In this document: piece after piece, positions 37,150 through 49,691 of the stretch
Layout of the letters: every line of letters starts with the position of its first letter
Numbering within the stretch: the stretch's first letter is position 1
Source: Phallusia mammillata
Lineage: Eukaryota
NCBI GenBank assembly: GCA_965637545.1
Contig: OZ281495.1
Coordinates: 28,954,001-29,018,000 of the forward strand
Direction: 5' to 3'
Length of the DNA: 64,000 bases
Notes under the pieces: model-generated
The model's input: only the letters and a program-made list of their open reading frames with translations
Told to the model about the DNA's origin: nothing
Database searches by the model: none
Translations under genes and position numbers: made by a program

Positions 37150-37330
37150 TTGGTACAGTGCGATGCAGTTTCTCTGCAAAATGTATTTGTGGCAGGAAAA
37201 AACGAATAGTATAACTCATCGAAATTGGATCGTTCATCTTTCAAGATCAGTCATAAAACGCCTTGTTGTTGCGACGCTTAGGATTTCGATACGTCATTCA
37301 TGACGTCACCTTGCTTGATGACGTCATCAT
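37150..37330 (+). pseudogene. Highly diverged duplicate of the COPE 3'UTR (unit 4)
   Basis: Residual colinear matches GCAAAATGTATTTGT, CATCG..ATTG and CATCTTT.AA at the same position relative to the GPCR stop. Confidence 0.5.
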
Positions 37331-37449
37331 TAGATTTCACTCTTTTTACGGTACTTTGCCCGTGGTTTCGCGCATAAAATTGCCGAAGTCGGACGTTGTT
37401 GGAGTCTAAAGACAAACAACGCATCTTGTAACAATGCCATCAACAATTT

Positions 37450-39811
37450 TTAGATATATTTTTTCATACTTCGGCAGCTGTTACTTTCAGTCTTCCCGCG
37501 TATTCTGTAGGAGACTTTGAGAATGGTTTGCCGGAAGGTTCGGTCAAAAGCGCTGTAAATCAGCACGTTGAGAATCCTGAAATGAAAACGTCCTGTCGTA
37601 TACTAAACTGTGTCATACAGAAAAATTGACAGGGCCTACATTCTTACCCGCTGAGCGTGGATGTGTGCACAGTAGCGAAAATGGCAACAGATACCGTGTC
37701 ACATGTTAAGTATTGACCTATTTGAAGAGCGTTGGTGATAACGACCGGCACTAGAAAAAGTACGTTTTGTTTCCTCATATTAAAAACGTTTCCACAGACT
37801 ATACCTTCCCTGAGTGTTTATTTTCACTTACCTACAGTAACTGTAAAACCGAGGTACATGCAAAATGTGACTTTAAGCAGCGAAGTTTCTCTATTTGCGG
37901 CTGAGTCGACTCTGTAGCTTCTCGACCGTTGAAGTCTTTTTCGAGCATTGCAAGCTGTTGCAAAGGTAAGACCACTCTGAAAAAACGTCAATTTGTCTGT
38001 TAAAATGTAGCTAACAGACTTGTTTTGTTTTGACATCGGTGACCACTTTTTTAGTCTTTATTAGTCTAGTATTTAATATCTACAAACTTAGTCTTAGTAT
38101 TGCATTTCTTGGACACCAAACTATTAATTATATAAACAGAAAAATATGCTTGTTGTACCATCACAAGGTAGGGCAGAACAATACAAATGCCCATTGCCAC
38201 CGGATCGACGGTCGTCATAAACTGAAACATTTCTGGTCTGTAGAAGTTTTGAAAATAATTGCTCTCCCACACTAAAACACAGTAAAAAAGCATTTCACAA
38301 CCTCTATTAATGTAAGGGTTACCGCTTTTGTCAACTTTGCAAATACCAAACTTTAAATTAAAACAATAACAAAAATAGCACCGAATCAACAACCCATCTA
38401 AAAGTAAAAAAAAACTTACATGAAAAAGTTGACCCAACGATTAGAATAACCCAAAGGATTGCAAGGTGCTTGGATACGCTTCTTCTAGATTGATTTCTGT
38501 ATGTAAATGGCGCGTAGATAGCAATAAAGCGTTGGACGCTCATGTAGAATAGGTGATAGAGAGATGAAATATATGTGAACATCAGAACAGGGGCCATTGC
38601 TTTTGCCAAGTCACTCTGCCGTAGCACGATGACGTAATCATTGAGTTCCTTGAAGGTTAGTTTAGGTGTGAGGACAATATATGGGACGCAAACTGCGAAT
38701 AGGTGAAGACCTAAAGTCAAAAAACATCTGTTATTGAAAAATGTGAATCAGTATCAAACTATGCCGTGTAGCTTTGTTACCCAGTGAACCGTAAACGTGG
38801 TTGTTTTCAACTGTCTAGCTTGCAAAACCGACTATTTGACAATTGTGGACTCTTTTACAAAGAAATACATGTTGAAGTATTCGGCTTGTTAGAAACTTAA
38901 AAATGTTTTTTAGTATTTTATTTTGCTGTTACCACTGTATTAATCATGCAATAAACCCCTGGGGAAAGATAGGCCATTGACCAATTATGCCACATTTAAA
39001 CGTTCTAGCCTACTTTTACCTGTAATATTTTATGATAGTGTAAGGGAATAAACATTAATTTTAGACAGTCGTATACTAAATTCTTATTTTGTGCAAATGT
39101 TACATCTAATTGTTACCTGTGAACATATCTGCGATTGCAAGAGAGGTTTTCACAAGATCTTGCGTCTTTCGACTCTTGCTTTCTATTACAAGGACGGACG
39201 CGACAACTAGGGAATTTCCCAGAATGATGAACGTTGCCATAAGCAGGATATACGTCAGTATTGCATCCGAACCTGCATTGCTATAGAGACCAACAGCAAC
39301 GTGTTTGTTTTGATATTGACTTGACCCTTTCTTATTAAACCCCGAAGGCATCGTTCATTGTTTTGCTTTTCGTTAACGCTGGGGTCTATAAATTGTAACT
39401 TATATATTTCTATAGTTTATCCTTGCTGCTAAAGTCATACTTATTGTCTAGCATTCTAGTAAAGTGGAGTTTCCAACGTGAGGTGCTTCAAAATTAGCAA
39501 CAGTATTCTTTCATTCGAATCCAATATACCTAAATTGACCACAAAATTTGCAATGGGCTATCATTGATTCAAACCTCTCAACTCTCTGGTACTTCAAAAA
39601 CAAAAAAGTCCTTTCTTTTTATTTAATTTACTTATTTCAAACCTTTATGCTAACACTACTTCGCGATGTGGTTTAAATGACAAAAAAATTACCTGCATAA
39701 AGAACAATCTCTTATGGTTGTGTTCCAACATTCTCGGATTGCCTCATAGTCGCAATATGGGGGAATTCCACACAACGAGAGGTTGAACATTGTGAGATTC
39801 TCTGGTTTCAT
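37450..39811 (-). CDS. Orphan class A GPCR copy 4 (most divergent), 353 aa; exons 39811-39693, 39280-39117, 38710-38420, 38271-38159, 37976-37832, 37750-37648, 37576-37450
   Basis: 1062-nt intact spliced ORF with identical intron phases; exon 4 is 24 nt and exon 5 is 3 nt shorter than in copy 1. Confidence 0.87.
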
Positions 39812-40459
39812 TCTTTTCTCCTAATGTGTCACTTTTCTACGTCTATATACCCACCATTTCTGTCTATCTATACCTACACATATAAAAACAGTTTGGAGAT
39901 AATTTTCGCTCAAGCGGTGACTTGAACAGGTGTTTATGCTCGAATTTTTAAGGTTCGATTCTCATTAGGTTGGTGGCGCAACTTTAATGAAGAAACCACT
40001 TAAGCCAAACCGTTGCGGTAATATCAAACATATAAATCTACCATTTCTTACAGGTAAGACTCACCGTGACGTACCGGTCCGCGAGGAGTTGGTTACTGGG
40101 CCGTATAACTTTTCCCGTTGAATGGTTTAAAACATTTTGCCCATGTATACCGGGAATGATAAACTAATTTAAGTGTTTTTATTGCTAAATATTTGTAGAT
40201 TTTTAAAGACCGGTCCGCGGTAAAATTTCACTTTCAAAAACGATCCGCGGTGCAAAAAAGGTTGCCGACCCTGTTATAGCTGTTCAGAGCCTCAGGCGAA
40301 ATATGGTATTTACACACGAAATGACTATCCAAAAACTCGGCCATGCACGTAATGTGGATTACGAAAATAATGTGGATTTGGTATTTTAGTAATTTAAGTC
40401 AAGTTAAGCCTGTTGGTGGGTTTAACCAAGTCGATTTCGTTTTGAACATGAAACTCAAA

Positions 40460-41950
40460 CCAAATCAGTGTTCCTAAACATAAAGTCGAGAATGATATCA
40501 CTGCTTAAACAACTACGGAACTAAATGTAGGTCAGTATATATGATGCCGCAGGTATTAACTTAATCCTTGCACGACGGAACTGACAGATCAAAGAACTGC
40601 ACTTTTCATTCACAACGCCATAACCCCTTTCCAACTCACACAAATAAAATCTTCTAAAAAAATTACTACCTTACTGCTCGTGGGTGTGCAGCAGATTACA
40701 TGCCAATATTCAACATGAATGAATCATAATATTGAAGTATCAGCCTTGGGACTATCAACCAACCAAATTCTACAATGCTTGTTTAAGACTTGTGCCCTGA
40801 AATGACCAATTTCCTGGACTCGTTGCGTCTCTACGTTTGCACAGCTTGCGTAATTGCACGTCTTCATTAGTGCAAAAGCTCGTGGAAAAGTTTTAATACC
40901 AGGACATATAATTGGTAAAGAGCTTATCTATGATATAACTAACTAAAGAAACATATATCTTTGTAGTGTTTTCGATCGATATTGTTCTTACTCCCAGAAT
41001 CAATTTAATGAAATACTAATTCGCCTGTCAAGGGTGTGTGGAAAAATGCCTTCCAAAGTCGTACAGTTGCTCCCGTTTATTTTTAATATAGGACTCTCAA
41101 AATGTTATAAGGGCTTTAATTTTTTTCCTTTCAAGAATCCCAAAGAACTTGTTTATCTGCTGCAGCTCGTACTAATGTTGACCAACAAAAAAAGGTTTTC
41201 AAAACGCCTAACCCAATAGCAACTCGCGATAATCGACAAGTGAATAATTGATTCCCTCAGGCTATATGTTAGTGTGTCTGTGATTCTAGGCCATCAGCCT
41301 TGTTTTGTTAGAGCATGTTTTTGGTATGATTTTATGACGGCTTGGTCAATGTTTCTAAAACTTTTTTCTGTACCCTTTACAGCTTGTTGGTTTTAAATTG
41401 CGCCTCGTTATAGAAAAACTCGATGACGGTTTAGGCTTATGCTTGTCAACCATTGATTTCAAGGTAGAGATAGCCAATTATAGAAAACGTTTGACCAAAA
41501 ACTACTTTACCTGATTGAAGAGATAAAACAAAATCGTGTCGTTGCAGTTCTGTTTAACGCCTTGCAATTGACCAGTTATTCCCCAGTGACCCCCTTTATT
41601 GTTATAAACGCTCCCCAGTGGGCGCTGGCACTCACTTTTAGCACTACTGACTTAACAGATAAATCACTTGGTAATCTCGAAATATGCAACACGAGACACG
41701 AACTTTAAACAAGCTTGTACCAAAAAGAAAACTTCAGAGTTTTACTTTTCTTGAATGATGTCAATAGGTCGAAACGTCTGCATTATATTGCATTCACTGT
41801 AGAACAAGCTAACTGCCAGATTCGTGTTTGATCAAAATACAGAGCACATTTTAGTTGCAGTTTGCCATAAATACATCGCCAACTTATTACTCATATACTG
41901 CTTTGTTACGGCTGTCCACCAAAAATGCAGTGCCCTGTGCTACTGTAGAT
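40460..41950. repeat. Non-coding segment paralogous to 34620-36070
   Basis: See the 34620-36070 entry. Confidence 0.85.
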
Positions 41951-43346
41951 TACCTTAACACTTTATACCAACGAATGAACAGTTCTACTTCATACCTGTT
42001 GTTCGAACGATACCTTCGCCAAAACCGCGCCGACACGCCATGCCGCTGTCTGGTGTGAATACCCTACCGTTTCCCGTCGAACGCAAAAAAACGCGTCGTT
42101 ATCCGCCAACCGCATCTGGTGTGAATGTCGCTTTAGAGCTAGTGTTGGTTAATACGCAACGCAGTTTCCTTTAAACAGTGCTTCTCGGCAAACGTCCACC
42201 ATAGGCCTGTGTGAAAACAATGTTAAAAAATGTAATGTGCTTTTATAGACGTGCGTAAATAAAATGTTTGGGAAACATTGGTTTGAGACGCTTGAAAATG
42301 TAACCAATGTCTGCTCGTTTGAGTCATTTCAGACTTATCTAGCAACATCATGCGTACTTACCACTTTAATCTTACGAGATTCTGTTGTACAGCTGCAATT
42401 AAAGCTTTAAAAAAAGTAGCTTGTTGTTTTTACCAAAACCACGATGAAATAATCAAATTCCTGCACTTACGACCCTCATTTGACCACATGGTTTTAAATT
42501 ACACAGCATTCGTCCCGTAGTTGGGCTTTTTGAAGTTTCGGGCTTTGTTTAAAAAAATCGATTTCGGGTGATGTTTCGAGCATGTACTTTTGGGTTAGAG
42601 GTCCAATTTCAGTACAACTTTCCACTGAAGATCAATGCAAACAATATGGTGCTACTTGAATAAATGTCCAATTGGTCCTGGTTTTGTTTTTGTGTATTAT
42701 ACAATTTTTGGGGATTCATAATGTGAACATTGCTAAAGCAAACATCAAGTTATCACTGCATTGGCCACTGCAGGAAATTTTGCATTGCTTTAATTTTAGG
42801 CTACTTGTTCCTCTTTCGCACTGGTTCATGAAGACAGGTATTAAGCGCACTTACATCCTTCCGTGTGCTTGCGTCGGATTATCACAAAGGCTTCATGCAC
42901 TCACTGCATGACTTTCCTGCAAGGTAGGTCGAATTTCAGACGCTTATGGGTTCAGCGGGTCTTTGTCAAGACTTAATTTTTAGCAAGGCTCGCAAACCTT
43001 TATTCCAGCAGCGGTTGGTCGATATTGAAAGCTTAGGCGATTCTTGGATAATCTAGGTTCTGCATTAAGAACAAAGTTATTTATAGATTTTGGTCTAAAT
43101 GAATAATACATGTTTACAATTGTAACAATGTCAGGGATATCAGTTTCTCAGTAATAGAAATCAATATGAAAGCACATTTTTCGTTTTGTTGCGATAAATC
43201 GTTTCCAAAGCAAAAGATGTATAACGTTTATCAACCTCAAACGGATCTAAATTGTTGACTTCGACGATGTTTAACATATTTTATAGTTGTTTTTGTAGCA
43301 AAGACTTGATTGTTAGGCTATGAATAACCAATACTTTGAAAGCAAC

Positions 43347-46300
43347 ATGAACACGACATACGAAGATCCAATACCAGCGATGGCCCAAGGTATTCTTTCG
43401 ACAATTCGGCGACGTTTCCGCCAGAACAACAGCTTTGATTCAGTGGCTTTTTCAAAATGCATGTCCACCCCTAACACTGAAAAAATATCTTAGCTTAAAA
43501 TTGTTACTTACCCAAAACTTGATGTAATGAATGAAGACCATTTTTAGGGTGGCGGCTACAGCAGTGCTGCATGTTATAACTTTAAAAAACTTCTAAGGTT
43601 GGCGCGTCATGCGTTAACGTATTTACCGTGAGCATGGCATCACAAAATTTGCAACGTGTAAATAAGGTTTTTTATAGCATTTAGGGAAAACGACATTTGT
43701 AACGTGTAGATAAGAACTGTTACGTTACCTTTAGGGAAACTTAGGTAAGTCTTTTTTTGTTTTCAGTTTGATAATAATGTAAAAATCGATATCTCTCTGC
43801 ATGCTGACTACCTTCACTTGAGCTATAGTTCTACCTTTGAAACAAATTCATTTCGTCGTGTTTATGTAGGTGCGACACAATCAAAAAATCGGTATGAGAA
43901 TCTGGCAGCTTTAGATGGTGCAAAACAGCAACCACCCTCTGGCTCTTCTCAGCCACAAATACAATGCCGGCAAAAGAGTTCAAGTTCAAGGAAAATGTAT
44001 TTTGGAGTTGTAGTATGTTTTGCATTCTGTGCAGTGGTGGTTCTTCTGTTAATTTTGATCTATTTGGTGAGTAATGTAATGTGTAAAATATTCAAAATGG
44101 GTTAATCAGAAACGCTGTGTGCTAAGATATAAGCCGGCAATATAATGCTTTTTAAGACTTTGTAGTTGTTTATTTAATTTTTATGGTAAGCTGCATACAG
44201 AGTACTTGATACACTCGATCTATAAGGTCGGATTAGTGCAGCTGGTGACCGCATAAGCTAATGTAGCGGCGGTCTAGTTTTTCAAATGCTATGCCTTCAT
44301 ACAGGTATTACTCATATGACAAACTAAGTCCTTTAGGTAAACTACAAACAGTGCACACTGTTTCGACCTATAAGGTCCAATCAGTGCATGTATGACATAA
44401 GCCGTTCTGGCTAATGTATCCATCGAACGGCTATTCATGCAGTTTGTTTTGAGTAACATGCTGTTCTTTATTTTTGGGGGAAATTTTTATTTTTACTTAC
44501 AGGGGCTCACCAACTTGTTAGCAGCCAGCAAAACGGGGCAAATTGCTAGTACTGGTAAGCATTTGCAGACTTTATGCGAAAACATAAATGCTAATTAAAT
44601 AAAATATTTTTTGCAAAGCTGCCACGTCTACCCATACGTCATGTTGGCATTTAAGACAAAATGGATTCACTGGTTCGGGCATCTACACCATTAAACCACG
44701 AAATCACTACCCTGCAATTCAGGTAAAGTGTCCCAGAAAATTGGCATTTTATAAAAATTGGCATATATTACATGGACTTTGTTAAGTTGTATTATTTATT
44801 CTTGTGGTCTGTGTGCTTTAACTGTCTTACAGAAAAATCCCCCTAAAGTGCTCATCAACTTAGTTTACTGTCACATATGCACATACAATAAGATCCTTGT
44901 ACAATTGCAGTTTTTTTTAAGTAAAGTCCCCCGTCCAAGGGGATCAGGTTTAAAATACTCCTGCTTTACAAGTAAATTACAATCGACTTGCCATTTTCTA
45001 TTGACTTAAATGACCAGTATGTTATTGTTGAATGCCAAGCGCAGGTGTTTTGCGACATGACGTCAGCTGAAGGAGGTTGGACTCTTGTGGCGTCAGTTCA
45101 CAAAGATAACAGGATCCAGAAATGCACGGCGCGTGATAAATGGGCAACTCCATCACCCAACGGAACTTCCTATTACACTGCTACTGGTAAAGCATATTGC
45201 GCATGTTTTCATTGAAATGCACACGTAAGGTCGTTTATACATTATAGGTTCTCCGAATTGGTACAATGGCATCACCTTTGGCAGCATCAATACCTGTTTA
45301 GGTGCTGACTACAAAAGTCAGGCCTACTACAGCCTCCCTGTAAGTTTGTTTTACATTGTAGTGAAAGTATCTATTACGGAAGTACCCAGGTCGCGCAGCC
45401 TAACAAAGCACATTTTATACACAACTATAAAAAAGTTCTAAGCCTAGCCTGAAATTTTTCAAGAAAATGTAACCTCGAGCCGGGAGTAGGATAAAGTAAG
45501 GTCACATTATCAAAATGTGGTTGATTGTGAAGATCTTTTATCACTAAAGCATATGGCAGTACCTAAACTCAAAAGCCTTTATTTTAATGATCTTTTTTAA
45601 CAGTTTTATTAAAGCAAAATAGATTTTTTGGCGAGAAGAATCTCATGGCACAAATTCAAGTTTATGGTAATATTATAACAACTTCCTGTTTGCTCTAAAA
45701 CTCTAACTTGCATTTAGGCCACAGACGTTATGGTTTCACATGTCCCAAACAACGTCCCTGTACAAGACATCGTAACTTCATCGTTTCTTACTTACTACAC
45801 GAATAACCAGTTCTTAAAACAAAAAGGTGGAAGCCTAAAAAACTTTTTTAGATACTACAATCCCTTGAACAGCCTTACTATTGTTGGTAAGTTTCATTAG
45901 TTTTTTTTTCGGATTCTAATTTGTAGAATCTCTTTTTCCTTAGTTAAAGATTTCAACTAAGGTATTTCAAAAGCAGTTTTTTTACCACGAGCCAAAACAA
46001 AATAGAACAATTAGGCACTTACCTTAAACGTTATTTATACATGATCGTTTAATTTGGACAAAAAAGCACAATTTAGTTAAGCAACATATTTGTTCACAGG
46101 GCTGAATACCAAAGTGCTTCAAAGCATTGGTGGCTCCCTGTTTCTGGCTGTAAATCCGTGGACGAACTACACATACCTTGCTCTGCCATCAGTAACATTC
46201 GCTCCTGCCCATTACCCCACATATCCTGTATTTGTCAGCAACGGATTTTCGGTACAATACAAAGTCGTAAAACTCTTGTATATTTAGGTTTCGTGCTCTG

Positions 46301-49300
46301 TTTGTATAGACTAGTTTTATTTTGTTAAACCAGAGGTCGGCAACCTGTTTTGTACCGCCGATTGTTTTTGAAACTGAAATTTCCACGCTGCCCGGCCTTT
46401 AAAAGACTACAAATCAAATTTTTGGCAATGAAAACGACTACATTAGTTTGTCATTCCCGGACTACATGTGCAAAATGTTTTAGCATTTAACCTGAAAAAG
46501 TATACGGCCCAGTAACGAACTTCTCGCGGACCACTGTTATAAACAACAAACGACATACCTTTAGGTTTCCTTCAGCTTGAACGATCAGCCTTACAAGCTC
46601 ATTAAACCTGGAATAAATTACACGTAAGTTAAGTAAACGCAATTACACAATGTTGATATTTTGACATACTTTATCATACAGGGATCATTTCAATTACCAC
46701 GTACTGGCCGTGAAAACCCAACCATTTATTATATTGGCGAGCATTGCCAACCAACGCGGTTTCAGTCGTTTTAGGATGAAGGTGAGTATTGCAAGTAACT
46801 TCTAAACTGCAGGACTTTCCTTATACCTGCTCGAATTTATTCACGTGGTTCGACTAGATCCGGTTTGTAATGTCTAAATAAAAACAAGCGCCTTTTAATT
46901 TCGATCAACTACAAACTTAGTCGATCTTTCCCGGGGACAAATCCCAAATATTATGAACTTTTAAAAAACGTCCTAATTATATGAAATTTTGCAAAGTTTA
47001 TTAAACATACTAAGTCCTCAAAGGTTATGTTTTGCCCCGTGGCACCACAACTTAACCAACTAATTCCTAAAATAGGTGACCCTTTTTACAATGTTCGAAT
47101 TGAACGAAAACCGGACAGCTTGTAGAATTTGTTATTTATTTTTTGTTTTACCCCATTATGTCACCACTTACTGCTTCGTTTCTTTGAAAAGGAACGTTAA
47201 ATAGGACATACTTCGAACAATATTTGGGGTAAATCTAGATTTATATAGTTTGTACTCTACATAGTATTATTATTTAAGCCCAGTGCCGATCATTGTGTTT
47301 TTACCTTACAACACGTTCACATGGTTATCTCTTGAAATGCATTATCTACAACTTTGCATGTGTGGGGACCCATGAGTTTCTGCTTGCGGAAACAACTAAG
47401 GTTATAAAAGACAGTGGATGATATGTATATAAATACCCATATATAAATAAGCATAGGAAATATATTAATGTTTTAAAATAGGTTATAGTGTATGTGCAAG
47501 GGCAATATGTGCTAAGCCACCTTTCTAGTTGAATTTACTATTTGTTCTGAAAATTTTCTTACTAATTTAGGTTGTATCAACTGCCAACTTAAACTCGGCA
47601 TATACGTCCACCCCACAAGTGCCTTACATGTACAAGGGCTACAGAATACAAATTGAATATGGACAACGATCTTTTTCCAATCCATTCTTTACCGAAGCTT
47701 TCTTTGTCATTGCAGGGACCCAGGTTAACATGATACGACTTTTGCTGCTAGGATTTTTTGTGATGCTCTGTTTTATAAAACTAGGAAGTGCTTAAAAACT
47801 TAAATTACACTTTTTAGAAGTGGAATGCTGCTACTTTTGATTTTTCGGTTCTTCTGAAACCTGTCGCAAGTAGTTATACCACTAACTTTACTACGGAAAT
47901 TCAACTGGGAAACAGGACACGAAACGTACTGGCCGGATACATGTTTCTTTATAAGTAAGTCCCCCATGTCATAGACTCAAGCAGTCAAATGCTTAAAAAA
48001 ATTGCAAACTTTTTCCGAATACGGACTGGGATATAGTAGGGCCATCTGGAAATATATATTAAAATGAGTAAATTAGATATACTTTTAGGAAATTTTTTTT
48101 TACAAAATTAAGGCCATGAAAAAAATTATAAAAATTAAGGCAGGTTTTGACATTCAAGGAGAGATAATAAAGATTTGCTTTTGGTTCATATAACTTAGTT
48201 CACGATGTCATACACTAACTTTAACAACCTACGGTTAAACAGGTTCACATAAAACAACTAAATTTGTGCACCCAAAGGTGGTAACCTCTTTTTAAAGATT
48301 TTAAGCAAATCTTTTAGGTATAAATTAAGTACAGTATTGCGGATAGCATGAAGTAATACATGCGTAAATACATGTGGATATTAAGAGAAATCTTATTACA
48401 AAGTACTTTCCAGGAACGCAGCTCACTTCACATATCCTCAAATGCAAGCTTTCGTCAACAAGATCGTGGATAATGCTGGTCAGTGTGTTTTTTACAATCT
48501 TTTGTTTTTTCATTTTATACGCAACGAATTGAGAAACCACAAGAGAATCATGCTTGTAATATCAGGTCGCGCTTGATATTTAATAAAACGGGTTTAATTG
48601 GGGCTTGACTTTTACACTCGGTAATATTTTCCCGCATTTTTACACATTTCGGACTTGGTTTGGGTCGTGTTTCGGGCTTGGACTTTCAGTTTCCTGCCTC
48701 TTACAACTCTGATTGTAACTGTAATGTTTTTAGTGGTACAATTAAAGCAAAAACGTTTGAAAATCCAAAAGGTTGCGTCTGGATTCGAACCAGAAATCAT
48801 TTTCACTAATTGAATATATTTTTGTAGTATAAAAACACAGTTTAAATGTTGAGCATCAGTGTATCTTTGATTAGGTCGTTCAAAGTATTTAAAACGAGTG
48901 ATTTAAAAACATCCTTCACGGTCTTTGAAGTTGTTTTCCATTATTTCAGCAATTTTTACCCAGTATCTGTAGTTTTTACACACGTAACCTAAATGTTGTT
49001 TTTCAAAACAGAGCACATTGCATTTTAACCCTGTCGTAACAACTAAGGTCGCCTAATTTAACCTAGTTTTACTGTTTAGAGTGTCCAAGAGTGTGAAAGT
49101 GTGAACGGCTGTATAAATACGAAACATACAATATGACATATTATTTTCTGCAGACAATTTCAATATTTACCAATTCAACCAAGCACCCCAAACCATTGTT
49201 CCTGTCTCATTTGCTAAGGGGAAAATCAATTACACCTCAACCACTATCCAAAGCGGATTTATTCAATTCCAAGCTTATGATAAATATGGATACAGTTATA

Positions 49301-49691
49301 CCATGTGCCCCGGTGTGAGGTACGATTTACCTTAAAGCAAATGGTAAACATCTCAAAATAAGCCGTGACATTTGAGTTTGTTTTAAAGTGTTAACCCATC
49401 AGTTGACCCTGCGCTTTACTGTATTGGATCTGCGAACAGCAAGCAAAACCATATTTCCCGTTGTGGCGACTTACCTGGTAAGTGTATTCAGCCGTCCGTC
49501 GATAAGTTGCCTGTCATTCTGTGTCGTTATTTTCACCTTTTTATATTCTGTGCTTACTTCCAGCTTGGGAGCAGTTAACTGATCACGTGATCACCAATCG
49601 GAGTTCCCGCACTGCCGGGAAATTCGTCAATGACCTTCACTCGACCTTGCTCATTTTCACAAGGGGCAAAAACATCACGGGACCGTTGTGA
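43347..49691 (+). CDS. Membrane-anchored intelectin-like protein A, 615 aa; exons 43347-43389, 43870-44066, 44503-44554, 44619-44722, 45045-45186, 45248-45339, 45718-45886, 46100-46251, 46565-46623, 46682-46781, 47571-47723, 47818-47954, 48414-48478, 49154-49319, 49389-49477, 49564-49691
   Basis: 1848-nt spliced ORF with all phases consistent. Intelectin motifs SCWHL..G..SGIYTI, FCDMTSAEGGWTLVASVH, KC...DKW, TFG....DYK..AYY, DVMVSHVPN, SGFIQFQ, MCPG, YCIG, RCGD, W, LLIFTR. Single TM MYFGVVVCFAFCAVVVLLLILIYL after a cytoplasmic tail. The first small exon is less certain. Confidence 0.85.

Noticed and set aside
42000-42140. Harbinger-like terminus (TCTGGTGTGAATGTCGC)
   Set aside because: Only one end is visible; no partner TIR or TSD found.
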